Shown: piece by piece, positions 19,479 through 29,842 of the stretch
Numbering within the stretch: position 1 is the first letter of the stretch
How the letters are laid out: every line of letters begins with the position of its first letter
Virus record (IMG/VR): IMGVR_UViG_3300008267_000012
Strand: one strand, 5' to 3'
Source: a virus
Taxonomy: Duplodnaviria; Caudoviricetes
DNA: 64,000 bases
Position numbers and translations under genes: made by a program
Notes under the pieces: generated by a model
What the model saw: the letters and a program-made list of their open reading frames with translations, nothing else
What the model was told of the DNA's origin: nothing
The model's database searches: none

Positions 19479-21249
19479 ATTTATTTTTATATGTTTTAAT
19501 CAATTCTTTTATAACATCAATTTTTACAGATTCATCAACATATTCTTTATTGTCAATGACTTTATCAATTACTTTTTTCTTTTCTTTTAGAATTGCATTG
19601 ACTCTTTCATCAATTGAATCACGAACAATTAGATTATATACCATTACATGACTTTCCTGACCAATCCTATGCGCTCTTGCATAACATTGCTCGTTTATTG
19701 ATGGTACATAATTCTGAGTAATCATAAATATATTTGATGCTCTTGTTAGTGTTAAACCTGCATTACCTGTTTGAACGGTCAGTAAAAGATTCATTACATC
19801 GTCATCATTCCTTTGAAATTCATCAATATATTGTTGTCTTGTTTCAACATCTACATCTCCTGTAAATAATCTTGAATTTTCAGGTGAATATTCATAAACC
19901 TTTTTTAAGGTTGATTTAAATTCATCAAATATGATGAGTTTTTGCCCTTCTTCATTATATGATTTAATTATATCAGATAAATAATTGATTTTCAATGATG
20001 AAGTGTATTGTCTTAACTTTTGTAAGACAGTTAAGAAATGCATTTTATCACTTAGATTATCTGATACTTCAAGTTTTGATAAATCCATTGTCTTTAATCC
20101 ACTTTCAATATCATCATATTCATCAAATTGTTCATCTGACATATCAATGAAGACTTCATTAATAAGAAGAGATGGTAAATCTTTTAAAACATCAGTTTTC
20201 TTTACTCTAAACATTACTCCATCCATTTTATTGAATAGAATATCTAAACTAATGTCTTTATGTGATTCGTAACCAAATCTACCTTTTATCATTCCGCAGA
20301 AATTCTCATAATAGAATCTTTTACTCTTAATTTGATAGGGAGAAAGCAAATGAAGTTGTGTATAGAGTTCAGTTACCCTTGATGGCATTGGAGTGCCTGT
20401 AAGTAGGAAAATGAATGGAAAATCAATGGTTTTAATTGTGTAAAGAAGATTCTTTGTTTGGTTTGCCTTTTCATTCTTAATATTTTGAGATTCATCCAAA
20501 ATAATTGCGTCAAAATTTGGAAAAGGTTTTTTAAATTTCCTTTCAAATGAATTTTTAAATACACCTGGTCTATCTCTAAAGAAATTATAATTTACAATAA
20601 TATATTTTGCATCCTTAATTTCACAATCATTTTTTTTATATCCAACTATATGAACTTTTTTATGTTTTGTGAATTTTTTAATTTCATTTTGATAATTGAA
20701 TTTAAGACTGTTGGGAACAACTACTAATACCTTTTTAATATCTTTTGACATTTCACAGGCAAGGATACTTGTGATTGATTTACCACAGCCTTGTTCAAAT
20801 CCAAGCATTGCCTTTTTTCTGAACAAAAGAAAATCAGCACCTATACATTGATAATTGAATGGATTGATTCCTTCTTCTAAGAATTTTTTATAATTCTTTA
20901 AATCAACTTCTCTATCTAATTTTTTTATTTTCTTAGAATGGTCATCTAATTTTTCTTCATCAGATTTATTTTTTTCTTTGTCTTTATTTTCTTCTAAGAG
21001 TTTATCTTTTACTTTGATAAAATCATTCCTATCCTCAAATGAATTAAATTTAAAGAATATATTTTTATCACCTTTATAGGATTTAATAATATCAAATAAA
21101 TCTAAACAATGAACTTCCCAAGAGTTATCTGATTTTTCAAACTTTGAGTGTTCATATTGTTTAATTCTTTGAATTAAATCAAGTAAATAAGGAAAAGATA
21201 GGGAGAAGAATCTTGACCTCCCTATCCTTTTTACTTTAATATTAATCAT
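19468..21249 (-). CDS. SNF2-family helicase (SMARCAL1/HARP-like N-terminus)
   Basis: Motif I FEQGCGKS, motif II LDESQ, motif III LTGTP, motif VI QCYARAHRIGQ. Confidence 0.9.
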   Translation of the reverse strand: MINIKVKRIGRSRFFSLSFPYLLDLIQRIKQYEHSKFEKSDNSWEVHCLDLFDIIKSYKGDKNIFFKFNSFEDRNDFIKVKDKLLEENKDKEKNKSDEEKLDDHSKKIKKLDREVDLKNYKKFLEEGINPFNYQCIGADFLLFRKKAMLGFEQGCGKSITSILACEMSKDIKKVLVVVPNSLKFNYQNEIKKFTKHKKVHIVGYKKNDCEIKDAKYIIVNYNFFRDRPGVFKNSFERKFKKPFPNFDAIILDESQNIKNEKANQTKNLLYTIKTIDFPFIFLLTGTPMPSRVTELYTQLHLLSPYQIKSKRFYYENFCGMIKGRFGYESHKDISLDILFNKMDGVMFRVKKTDVLKDLPSLLINEVFIDMSDEQFDEYDDIESGLKTMDLSKLEVSDNLSDKMHFLTVLQKLRQYTSSLKINYLSDIIKSYNEEGQKLIIFDEFKSTLKKVYEYSPENSRLFTGDVDVETRQQYIDEFQRNDDDVMNLLLTVQTGNAGLTLTRASNIFMITQNYVPSINEQCYARAHRIGQESHVMVYNLIVRDSIDERVNAILKEKKKVIDKVIDNKEYVDESVKIDVIKELIKTYKNKYGK

Positions 21250-21251
21250 TT

Positions 21252-21875
21252 TTAATTTCCTTGAGCCTTTTTCCTTTGAAGAGTCTCAAATAATATTTCT
21301 TTTGCTTTTTCTTTAATTACATCTCTAAAAACAGATTCCATCATAACTTTTAATCTATCTTTTGAAAAAATTTCTTTAAAAAGAATTTTTGTTACTTCTT
21401 CAGTAACCATTTGTCTAATATCTTTTTCGTTTAATGAAACAGATGATTGCGGTATATTTTCTTCTTTTTTATATTCCTTTGCTTCGTTAATAAAATCTTG
21501 ATATTGTGTTTCAATTCTTTTATTTTCAATAATAGGCATTGCTTGTGGTCTATTTCCTGATAATAAAGACATAATTTCATCAGGAGATACTTGTCTTTTA
21601 CTCATACCAATTTTATCTGCCTTTGTTTTTGCTAAAATTTCAGAAATTGGAACTTGTCTTTCTTTTTGCTCAACCATAGGTTGAGATTGTTTTTGTTGTT
21701 TTACAGGTGTAATTTTTTTTGCTTTAACAACACCATTATTTGTTTCCATTGAATCAGCAACTTCGTTGATTTTCTTAATCTTATTCAACCAAGCCTCTGA
21801 TAATTGTGCAGTATTATCAGTTGGTCTTTCTACACCACCTAATACCTTTAGTGCTTTTAATCCTACTTGACTCAT
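21252..21875 (-). CDS. Hypothetical protein
   Basis: 207-aa helical ORF. Confidence 0.65.
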   Translation of the reverse strand: MSQVGLKALKVLGGVERPTDNTAQLSEAWLNKIKKINEVADSMETNNGVVKAKKITPVKQQKQSQPMVEQKERQVPISEILAKTKADKIGMSKRQVSPDEIMSLLSGNRPQAMPIIENKRIETQYQDFINEAKEYKKEENIPQSSVSLNEKDIRQMVTEEVTKILFKEIFSKDRLKVMMESVFRDVIKEKAKEILFETLQRKKAQGN

Positions 21876-21894
21876 AATATTATAATACGTTTTT

Positions 21895-22407
21895 TTATTT
21901 CTTTTTATTTATAGTGAAAATGGTTGTAACATCGGTCAATGCCTTGTTAAACAGTTTGTTTAGTTTTGGTCTATTAGCAGCAATAAAAGCATCACTTGTA
22001 TCAATATTTTGAATAGTATATTTAAAATCACTAATACCATCTAAACGAAACATTCTCCATCTAACTTTATCGTGTGGAGTTGCATCAATTGCATTTAATG
22101 TTTTTGATGTTATATTTTTTAACCAACCATAAATTACTCTATTTCCCCATTTATTTGTACCAAGAGCAAAAATTTCAACATCTCTATAACCTTTAACACC
22201 ACCACTAGGGTCATCAGGTGCTTCATAATTAAATTTGCACACAGGAATACCCTTCCTTCTTCTGTTGAATTTCATAGCATTTATTATTTTTCCCTCAATG
22301 TCTGAACCTGATGGTTTTTCTGTATCTAACCTAGTGTCTTGTTCGGTAATGAGTTTTTTTAATAATAAATGCTCTAAGTATAATAATTTACTTTTGGTAC
22401 TAAGCAT
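21895..22407 (-). CDS. WYL-like domain protein
   Basis: FNY...RDVEIFALG...VIYGW...WRMFRLDGIS matches the WYL pattern; start at TAATG overlap (22407). Confidence 0.65.
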   Translation of the reverse strand: MLSTKSKLLYLEHLLLKKLITEQDTRLDTEKPSGSDIEGKIINAMKFNRRRKGIPVCKFNYEAPDDPSGGVKGYRDVEIFALGTNKWGNRVIYGWLKNITSKTLNAIDATPHDKVRWRMFRLDGISDFKYTIQNIDTSDAFIAANRPKLNKLFNKALTDVTTIFTINKKK

Positions 22408-22751
22408 TAGGAATTCCAAGTAACATTATATTCATTTCCTGGTCTGTACTTATTTTGTGCAAGTGTACCTGGTGAGTCAGAACCTATTCTTGCTCTTATA
22501 TCATCTTTTCCACCAACATTGAAAATTGCATCTTGGTAGGATGCAGGTGGTTGTGCAGGTTCTTTACCATGATTATCACCATTTATACCTTCTGAGTATA
22601 CATATGGGTGATTTTTAGTGTATGGGTTATTGATATTAATTTTATCATACCCAATTGGTGCAATTTGTTGAAGTTCAACTCTTCTTACATTACCAATTGT
22701 TTTTATTGGACTATTTGATGGTTGAATTGGGGTTGGGGTTGGGGTTGCCAT
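22407..22751 (-). CDS. Hypothetical protein
   Basis: 114-aa Pro/Gly-rich ORF. Confidence 0.6.
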   Translation of the reverse strand: MATPTPTPIQPSNSPIKTIGNVRRVELQQIAPIGYDKININNPYTKNHPYVYSEGINGDNHGKEPAQPPASYQDAIFNVGGKDDIRARIGSDSPGTLAQNKYRPGNEYNVTWNS

Positions 22752-22768
22752 ATTAATTTAATTTAATT

Positions 22769-22972
22769 TTATTCTCCGATTTGATTTTCTAATTTGTTAA
22801 GTTCATCATCAAGTAGATTTTTAACATAACCAACTGTATTATCTTTTATTGTTTCATTCATTGTTTTTTTGTTTTCGCTAAAAGTACGGTTTTTCTGACC
22901 TTTGAAATTCAAAAGATAATCAAGTCTTTTTGCATTATAATCTGTGGAATTATATGATTTAAACTTTTTCAT
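22769..22972 (-). CDS. Small hypothetical protein
   Basis: 67-aa ORF preceded by CTATTTA. Confidence 0.55.
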   Translation of the reverse strand: MKKFKSYNSTDYNAKRLDYLLNFKGQKNRTFSENKKTMNETIKDNTVGYVKNLLDDELNKLENQIGE

Positions 22973-23018
22973 AGTTATTTTATTATAAATAGATACTTTT
23001 AAAACTATTTACAATAAA

Positions 23019-23804
23019 ATGATTCCAAAAGGTGCTAAATATGGTAATAAAGTTTTTATAGGTAAATCAGGAGAAGAAAGAGTTAGAGAACTTTTAGATG
23101 ATACTGATGCAAAAACTGTTTTTTTACCTGAATCAATTTCTATAATTGATTTAGATGCGGAAATTGTTAATGTACTTAATTATGGTGCATTATCTGTAAC
23201 ATCTGATTCAAGAAAAGAAAGAGTTCCTGCTTTTTTATTTGGTGCTGAAAAATGGAGTGAGTTTTCTAAAACTTGGCAATATACTGATGATGATAAAAAT
23301 CTAATATTTCCAATTATTACTATTCGTAAGACAGAAACTAAGTTTGGTTCTAGATTAGGTGAAAATAGACACTTTATTTCTAATCAAAAAACTTATGAAT
23401 ATACAAGAGTTCCTGTAAGAGATGCTAATAATGGTGTTGTTGGATATGAAATATATAAAATACCAAATCCAACACCAATTGATATTACATATGAAATAAG
23501 AATGTTTAGTGATTTCTCAAGAGATATGAATAAATTTGATGAGAAATTTATGCGTCAATTTCAAGACAGACAATTTTATATCAATGTTAAAGGTCATTAT
23601 ATGCCTGTATTTTTAGTATCAAGTTCTGATGAATCAGAAACGGATATTGAAAAAGCAAATTACTTAATAAAAATACATAATATAAATCTAAGAGGTTTTA
23701 TTCTTGATGAGAATGATTTTGAAATTGTTCGTGCTAATCAAAGAATAGTAAAAATTACGGAAATAAACGGTAAGGAAGTAGGTAGAGATAATTATCAATT
23801 ATAA
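23019..23804 (+). CDS. T4 gp15-like tail terminator / sheath stabiliser
   Basis: FPIITI...PTPIDITYEIRMFSDFSRDMNKFDEKFMRQF resembles the gp15 PxPxxxxYELxI pattern. Confidence 0.6.
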   Translation: MIPKGAKYGNKVFIGKSGEERVRELLDDTDAKTVFLPESISIIDLDAEIVNVLNYGALSVTSDSRKERVPAFLFGAEKWSEFSKTWQYTDDDKNLIFPIITIRKTETKFGSRLGENRHFISNQKTYEYTRVPVRDANNGVVGYEIYKIPNPTPIDITYEIRMFSDFSRDMNKFDEKFMRQFQDRQFYINVKGHYMPVFLVSSSDESETDIEKANYLIKIHNINLRGFILDENDFEIVRANQRIVKITEINGKEVGRDNYQL

Positions 23805-23805
23805 T

Positions 23806-24324
23806 ATGAATACTTATTATTTAGATATCTTTTTAAAAAAAACCTATAAAAATTTAGGTCTATTTGATATTGCTGACCCAAATGCAACTATAAATGGTAC
23901 ACTAAGTGCATCAACAGTTATAGTACCAACATCTCCAACAATACCAATAATACAACCAAGAAATGTTTATGTAACAGGCACAACAAAGAGTAGATTAAAC
24001 GAAGTTAAATCATACGATAAAATTAATCCTTATAAAGTTGGTGTTAAAGGTGTGACAGGTGTAACATCAGAATATGTAGAATATATAATTGATGATATTT
24101 ATTATAAAACATTTTTATCAGGTGAATCAACTTATTTTGAATTTAGAAAAATGAGTGACACATTAGACCAAAAAATTATTATTGCTAACGAAAATTTAGT
24201 ATCAATTGATATCAAAAAAACTTTAAATGCAATGGTTATTGATAGAAGTAATATGTCAATTTATGATTACTTTAGTAAAATAAATAATTGCAGTAGTCTT
24301 GATGATATAATGGAAATTTTTTAA
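23806..24324 (+). CDS. Hypothetical (probable structural) protein
   Basis: 172-aa ORF co-oriented with the gp15-like gene. Confidence 0.6.
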   Translation: MNTYYLDIFLKKTYKNLGLFDIADPNATINGTLSASTVIVPTSPTIPIIQPRNVYVTGTTKSRLNEVKSYDKINPYKVGVKGVTGVTSEYVEYIIDDIYYKTFLSGESTYFEFRKMSDTLDQKIIIANENLVSIDIKKTLNAMVIDRSNMSIYDYFSKINNCSSLDDIMEIF

Positions 24325-24345
24325 TCTATTTAAAGAAAAACATAA

Positions 24346-25251
24346 ATGGCATTAGGTGTTGCAAATATTATAAAACCAGCAACTGTTGATTTAGCAGATG
24401 TTGAAGTATTATATTCATTTACCCCAGATAGGATAACTAAACCAACTAACTTTACAAAAGTTCCAATAACTAATGATATTCTTGAACCAAGATATATTAA
24501 TAGTAACTCAGATGTACCTTTACAAGGTATGTATTTATTAAAACTTAATAGTACTGTTTTTACTTCAGTTGGTTTTTATACAATTATTATTAGACCAAAA
24601 CAAATTACAGTCACAATTTTAGATTGTGGTGTATTATCTCAATTACCCGACCAAAAAGGTATTGTTCTTGATACAAATGAACAAGCAATCTCTGAATTGG
24701 GTTCAAAATTAGTACCAGGTGGATTATCAGGTTATAGAATAGAATATCTTGATGATAATGGTTTATTGGTAAATAACCTTTTTACAACTGTTTCTTTCTC
24801 AAATCGTTGTGAACCTATTAGTCAAGCATCACAATCAACAACTCAAAAATCAATAGTTTATAGGTTAAATGATGTAGGTAGTCTTTTATATCTTTCAGTT
24901 ACACCTGCAACTAGCCCATCAATAAAACCAAATGCATTTCCTTATATTGGTATTGCAGGTCAAAAAATAATTATGTCAAATACTTATTTTGACCAACAAG
25001 TAATTGATATTGAATTAAGTGAATATGATTTAAAGAAAATTGCTCTTCTTGTTAATGGTGAGAGAACACTTAATGTTGAAACAGGTATTGAAAATATTTA
25101 TGATGATAGTAAAAATATTTTAGCACAATCAACTTTATATGATATTAAGGATGAATTTCAAAATCCTTTATATAAAGTTAAGCAAAATAATACTGATATT
25201 AATCAAAGTGAAACTTGGACTAGTATTACTGATGGTGTTGTGAATCAATAG
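24346..25251 (+). CDS. Hypothetical (probable virion) protein
   Basis: 301-aa beta-rich ORF preceded by CTATTTA. Confidence 0.65.
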   Translation: MALGVANIIKPATVDLADVEVLYSFTPDRITKPTNFTKVPITNDILEPRYINSNSDVPLQGMYLLKLNSTVFTSVGFYTIIIRPKQITVTILDCGVLSQLPDQKGIVLDTNEQAISELGSKLVPGGLSGYRIEYLDDNGLLVNNLFTTVSFSNRCEPISQASQSTTQKSIVYRLNDVGSLLYLSVTPATSPSIKPNAFPYIGIAGQKIIMSNTYFDQQVIDIELSEYDLKKIALLVNGERTLNVETGIENIYDDSKNILAQSTLYDIKDEFQNPLYKVKQNNTDINQSETWTSITDGVVNQ

Positions 25252-26158
25252 ATTCTTGGTTAGCAACCATTATATCATGAACCCTTTTTATCATCTCCAT
25301 TAAATTTGGAACGGTATCGTAATTTTTTATTTCATCACTATTAACCCACATATAACCTGTGTGTTCGTCATTTAATTTAATCTTATCGCTATTCGTTACT
25401 TTTGAAACAAATACATATAAAAATGTACTATCTTCAATAGTTGAATATACAAGTTTTGGTTTCTTTAATGTTAAATTTGTTTCTTCTTTTGCTTCTCTGA
25501 TTATACACTCTTCAGGAATTTCATTTTCTTCAACACCACCACCAATTAAAGCAAACTTACCTGCCATCCAATTATCGTTTTCTGACCTTCTTACCAATAA
25601 TAATTTATTCTCTTCGTTAAATACAATACATACACAAGCAAATTTTAATTTAATTGGTAAATTTAAATCTAGGTTTTCACTTTCCATAATTGCTCTTGGT
25701 TTTAAATCTTTAATCATGTTTTTAACTTTTGGCATTTCAGGGGCTTTTACAAAATCTTTTGTATGTGTTTTTCTAAACTGATTTGAAAAACCACCAAACT
25801 TAGTTTTTACTTTTTTACTTCTTTGAATTGGATTTCTTAAACTTTTTAATTGGTTTTCAACCCAAATTTTCATTTTATCCCCACCTAAAAACATTAAATC
25901 ATTTTTCTTTTGTTGTCTTTGTAATTCTCTTTCCTCTGCTTTTAAATCAACATCCGTTTCTTCAGCACTATCAAATATACCTTTAATTCTTTTTAAATTT
26001 TCATAAGATAAAAATTTGGTTCTCACAATATTCTTCCCCTTTTGTTTTGTTGATGCAGGAGTATTTTTATTTTTAATTAAACGGAAATTAATCTCATCAA
26101 TAACATGTTGAGGAACTTTGTAATAGGTATTTTTACCGCTTAATTTTGAATTAGCCAT
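25226..26158 (-). CDS. Nudix hydrolase with a basic N-terminal domain of unknown function
   Basis: Nudix box GGGVEENEIPEECIIREAKEETNL in the C-terminal half. Confidence 0.88.
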   Translation of the reverse strand: MANSKLSGKNTYYKVPQHVIDEINFRLIKNKNTPASTKQKGKNIVRTKFLSYENLKRIKGIFDSAEETDVDLKAEERELQRQQKKNDLMFLGGDKMKIWVENQLKSLRNPIQRSKKVKTKFGGFSNQFRKTHTKDFVKAPEMPKVKNMIKDLKPRAIMESENLDLNLPIKLKFACVCIVFNEENKLLLVRRSENDNWMAGKFALIGGGVEENEIPEECIIREAKEETNLTLKKPKLVYSTIEDSTFLYVFVSKVTNSDKIKLNDEHTGYMWVNSDEIKNYDTVPNLMEMIKRVHDIMVANQESIDSQHHQ

Positions 26159-26676
26159 TAAAAACTATCAATTAGTCTACTATTTTTATTCATTATTTTT
26201 TTACACAATTTGTGTTTAGCCTCTTGTGGTAATTCTTCAATATTTATATTTTTAATTAATTCAGAAAATAAATTAAATATTGCTTTTAATTTACTCGGTT
26301 CTTCAGGAATTAATTTTACTATATTTTCAATAGAAGATACTAAATCATCATTTTCAAAATGTGTGTCATCAACTAAATCACCGTTTAAATCATCATCTTT
26401 TGAAAGAATTGAATCTTCTGATACAATACCTAAGAATAATCCTGGAGGTGCTAAAATAGATGACCTTTGCGTTGCATTTGCCATTTGTCTAGCAACTCTA
26501 TCTGAAGTGTTAACAACATATATTTCAGCATTACCCATAGGTGAATCACCAATTTCAGGAATAGTATATGTATCATCTAAAATACCTTCTTCAATTTCTT
26601 TTTTTGGTTTTTTATCTTTTGATTCAACCGTTTTATTTGCTAACTCAGCTATTTTTTTTAACTTATCCTCTTTCAT
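26158..26676 (-). CDS. Hypothetical acidic protein
   Basis: 172-aa ORF with TAATG coupling to the Nudix gene; CTATTTA upstream. Confidence 0.65.
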   Translation of the reverse strand: MKEDKLKKIAELANKTVESKDKKPKKEIEEGILDDTYTIPEIGDSPMGNAEIYVVNTSDRVARQMANATQRSSILAPPGLFLGIVSEDSILSKDDDLNGDLVDDTHFENDDLVSSIENIVKLIPEEPSKLKAIFNLFSELIKNINIEELPQEAKHKLCKKIMNKNSRLIDSF

Positions 26677-26710
26677 TAGATAACTATTTTATATAAATAG
26701 TTATTTTGTT

Positions 26711-27703
26711 TTAAATGTAAGGTTCATAAGGTGGATATGGTCTTCTCCATCTATTTAAAGGTCCAAGTTTTAAATTTAATTTAGCAAGACCAGCTCCAGC
26801 ATCTGGTGTATTCTCTGTTGTTGTATATGCATATTTTGTTGTTAATTTTGGATATGTTAAATTTATTGTGCTTGATGAACTATTTCCACCAAATTTTTGA
26901 TACATTGGTATATAAAACAATATATCAGATTGATTAATATTAGGTGTATCAGTTTCTCCTTCAAATAAATGCCAATAATTATCATATTTATACATTTTTT
27001 GTGCAAATAATTCAAATTCAGTAGGTGTCATAGTTGTTTTTGCCATACCAAAATTATGTACATTCATATTCATACCCATAGCTTGAATAGCACCACCGAA
27101 CCCACCTTTATAAAGAAATTTAATATTATTTAAATATATAAACGGTAAGCCGTATACGGCACTTGGATGAACTTTCTTATAATTATTCATATATGTTGTA
27201 AATGCACTTATTTGATTAAAATTTTTACTAGGTTCTTTATAAACCAATAAATTAAAACTACTTATACCTGTGCTTGCGGTTGATGGAACTATCCTAACAT
27301 TACTTTCTGTAACCCCTGGAATTAAATCTCTATAAGGTATTGAAGACCATGAACTACCACCTAAATTTAATGACATATATGGTGGTTGTATACCCGATGC
27401 TTCAAAAGTGACTGTAAAAGATGATTGAGTTATACTATAATAAGAAAGTCCATCTGTTGTAAAAAAATAACCTGCATTTAAATTAGTACCACCTGTACTA
27501 AGATTTAAAATATTAAATCTTGCCCAAAAAATAAAACCTTCTGTTTCAAGAATTTTTTCATTATTAAAACCATTTAAAAATATAGCGCATCTATCTATAA
27601 CATTTGCTCCGCTTATAGCATAAACACTACCAAAACCGTTTTTATAACCTACACCTTCTTGTGTTGCTCCTGAATTGTATAATAATCCTACAAAATTTTC
27701 CAT
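26711..27703 (-). CDS. Putative fibre-associated beta-sandwich (LamG-like) protein, paralogue of 27715-28761
   Basis: Shared YKxGFGS N-motif and GPxNxWxxPYPPYxPYI C-terminus. Confidence 0.55.
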   Translation of the reverse strand: MENFVGLLYNSGATQEGVGYKNGFGSVYAISGANVIDRCAIFLNGFNNEKILETEGFIFWARFNILNLSTGGTNLNAGYFFTTDGLSYYSITQSSFTVTFEASGIQPPYMSLNLGGSSWSSIPYRDLIPGVTESNVRIVPSTASTGISSFNLLVYKEPSKNFNQISAFTTYMNNYKKVHPSAVYGLPFIYLNNIKFLYKGGFGGAIQAMGMNMNVHNFGMAKTTMTPTEFELFAQKMYKYDNYWHLFEGETDTPNINQSDILFYIPMYQKFGGNSSSSTINLTYPKLTTKYAYTTTENTPDAGAGLAKLNLKLGPLNRWRRPYPPYEPYI

Positions 27704-27714
27704 AATATTAATTT

Positions 27715-28761
27715 TTAAATGTAAGGGTCATAAGGTGGATATGGTTTTTTCCATATGTTATATGGACCTTTATATACTGAAGCAGATTGTGTTGGTTGAT
27801 TTGCTTGATAATTTGTTGTACCTGTTGATACAAAATCTGCTATAGGTGATTGTAAATTTGCTGCGGATACATTACCTAAAACTAGTTCAATATAAAATTT
27901 TTTACTAGGATTATAATAATCTCTAATATCTTTTCCCTCTTTTAAATATAATGGAAAATAATAAACTGCATTAGTTGGATTAACACTATATGCTGTTGGT
28001 AATAAATGTATATAATTATCAACTCTATGTAATTCAGTAACTAAATTATCAATATATGTTGTTGTTAATCCTGTGTCAAGTTTAAAAACAGAATTATTAA
28101 ATACATACATTGGTACTGTTCTACTAAAAGGAAACGCAGTGCCAAAACTTCCACCAAAATAAATATCATTAAATGTAACTGATGATAATTGATTTAATGG
28201 TATTCTAGCAGTATTTCCATCATAAATAACACTTCCAGCATTTGTAAGTGTTTTAAGTTCACCATTCATATAAAATCTATATGAGGATGCTGCTGTAAAA
28301 GGACCTTCATTTTTATATAATGTAAAATTATATACTTTATTTCTATATATTTGATTAGTTGGAACTATAGCATTATAAGCTAGAATTATACCGCCCTGTC
28401 CTCCTTCATTAGCAATAAAGTTAAAATAAACATATCTTCCATTTTGAAAATTAAAGTTCATATGGAGTATATTTGTGATTGGTCCATCACCTCTATAAAC
28501 TACAGTAGGTGCATTAGTAACTCCACCATATATATCAGAACCAGTTACAGCTTCAGGTAATATTCTATATGTCCATATAAAAGGTTCATTTGCTAAAATT
28601 GTTTTACTTATACCACTAATTCTTGGTGTACGATTTTGATAAAATGTTTTTGCTGTATATGCACTATCTCCACCAACCCCTGCGAAAAGAAAACTTATAC
28701 TTCCAACTCTTAAAGCACTTCCAAAACCACTTTTATATTGTAATCCTAAATTATTTGGCAT
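27715..28761 (-). CDS. Putative fibre-associated LamG-like protein
   Basis: YRFYMNGE LamG-like strand; paralogous termini with 26711-27703. Confidence 0.55.
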   Translation of the reverse strand: MPNNLGLQYKSGFGSALRVGSISFLFAGVGGDSAYTAKTFYQNRTPRISGISKTILANEPFIWTYRILPEAVTGSDIYGGVTNAPTVVYRGDGPITNILHMNFNFQNGRYVYFNFIANEGGQGGIILAYNAIVPTNQIYRNKVYNFTLYKNEGPFTAASSYRFYMNGELKTLTNAGSVIYDGNTARIPLNQLSSVTFNDIYFGGSFGTAFPFSRTVPMYVFNNSVFKLDTGLTTTYIDNLVTELHRVDNYIHLLPTAYSVNPTNAVYYFPLYLKEGKDIRDYYNPSKKFYIELVLGNVSAANLQSPIADFVSTGTTNYQANQPTQSASVYKGPYNIWKKPYPPYDPYI

Positions 28762-28762
28762 A

Positions 28763-29818
28763 TTAATTTAATATCTCAATTGTTGTATTTGTAATACCAA
28801 TTGTACTACCTGGATTGGTAGTAATTCCTGATAATTGTATATAATATTGTTTTGTTGTATCTAAAGTTATAGTTGCCCCTGTTGCTAAATCTTGATACCC
28901 ACCATTATTCATTAAATAACCATGTACATTTATTAAACCACTAGTTCCAATATCTCTACAAACAAAATCAATTTCAGTTGAGAATGTCTTAGTTGCTGTT
29001 CCTGATGCTTGAATTGTTGATGAAAAAATTACTGTGGATGTGTTTGCGGTATCTATTAATCTTAAACCTAATGTAATAGCTTCTGAACTTGGTACTAGAT
29101 TATATCCCTTTGCTTTAAATCTGACAGTCTTACCTTTAACTAAAAAATTAGGAGGTAAAGTTCTTGTTCCAATAAATGTTGTATATGAACTATATTCAGG
29201 TAATAAGTTTCTAGAAGTGCTTGATGCTGTGAAACTTGATATAATTGAATAAATACTAGCCGAATTTATTTCATCAATTCCATTATGTGGATTTTTATAT
29301 TGTTGTTGTTGATTATCATATGGAAATACCATAGGTACAGCATATGTGTTACCTAATGTACTTGTTGCGTTTCCTACAACAGTATATGCTGAAATTTGTT
29401 GAAATTTTGCAAAAGTAACAGAATTATCTTCATAGCAATTTGTTCGTGTTTGACTCCAAACAAGTGTTGAACCACTTCTATTTAAAACTGTGTCTAATAC
29501 AGTTGCTTGAAATGAACCAGTAAGACCTGATGTTGATTGTGGTCTACCAATAACTGATGTTGATAAGCCTGTTATTATTGCTGCTGAACCTCCTGATACA
29601 TTATTTACTACAGTTGCAGGTTGTCCTGAAATAACAAAAACATCACCTTGTTTATAAACTGTAGTTGAACCAGCACCTGTAATATTATTAAAGAAAAATT
29701 CTGTTGTTGATGCTGAAATATAATTATTTATACCATTACCAATAAACTGAATACCCCCAATAGAACCTCCTCCTCCACTACCTTTTATATTTTGTAATTG
29801 ATGTCCTGCTACTGCCAT
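28763..29818 (-). CDS. Tail fibre-like protein
   Basis: G/S/T-rich; C-terminal domain (GKTVRFKAKG...TTIEILN) shared with 31700-33112 and 33128-34489. Confidence 0.6.
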   Translation of the reverse strand: MAVAGHQLQNIKGSGGGGSIGGIQFIGNGINNYISASTTEFFFNNITGAGSTTVYKQGDVFVISGQPATVVNNVSGGSAAIITGLSTSVIGRPQSTSGLTGSFQATVLDTVLNRSGSTLVWSQTRTNCYEDNSVTFAKFQQISAYTVVGNATSTLGNTYAVPMVFPYDNQQQQYKNPHNGIDEINSASIYSIISSFTASSTSRNLLPEYSSYTTFIGTRTLPPNFLVKGKTVRFKAKGYNLVPSSEAITLGLRLIDTANTSTVIFSSTIQASGTATKTFSTEIDFVCRDIGTSGLINVHGYLMNNGGYQDLATGATITLDTTKQYYIQLSGITTNPGSTIGITNTTIEILN

Positions 29819-29842
29819 TTATATATTTTTATATAAATAGTC

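Noticed and set aside
26711-28761. Diversity-generating retroelement template/variable repeat pair
   Set aside because: The shared stretch is only ~39 nt, both copies are coding 3' ends, and there is no reverse transcriptase in the window
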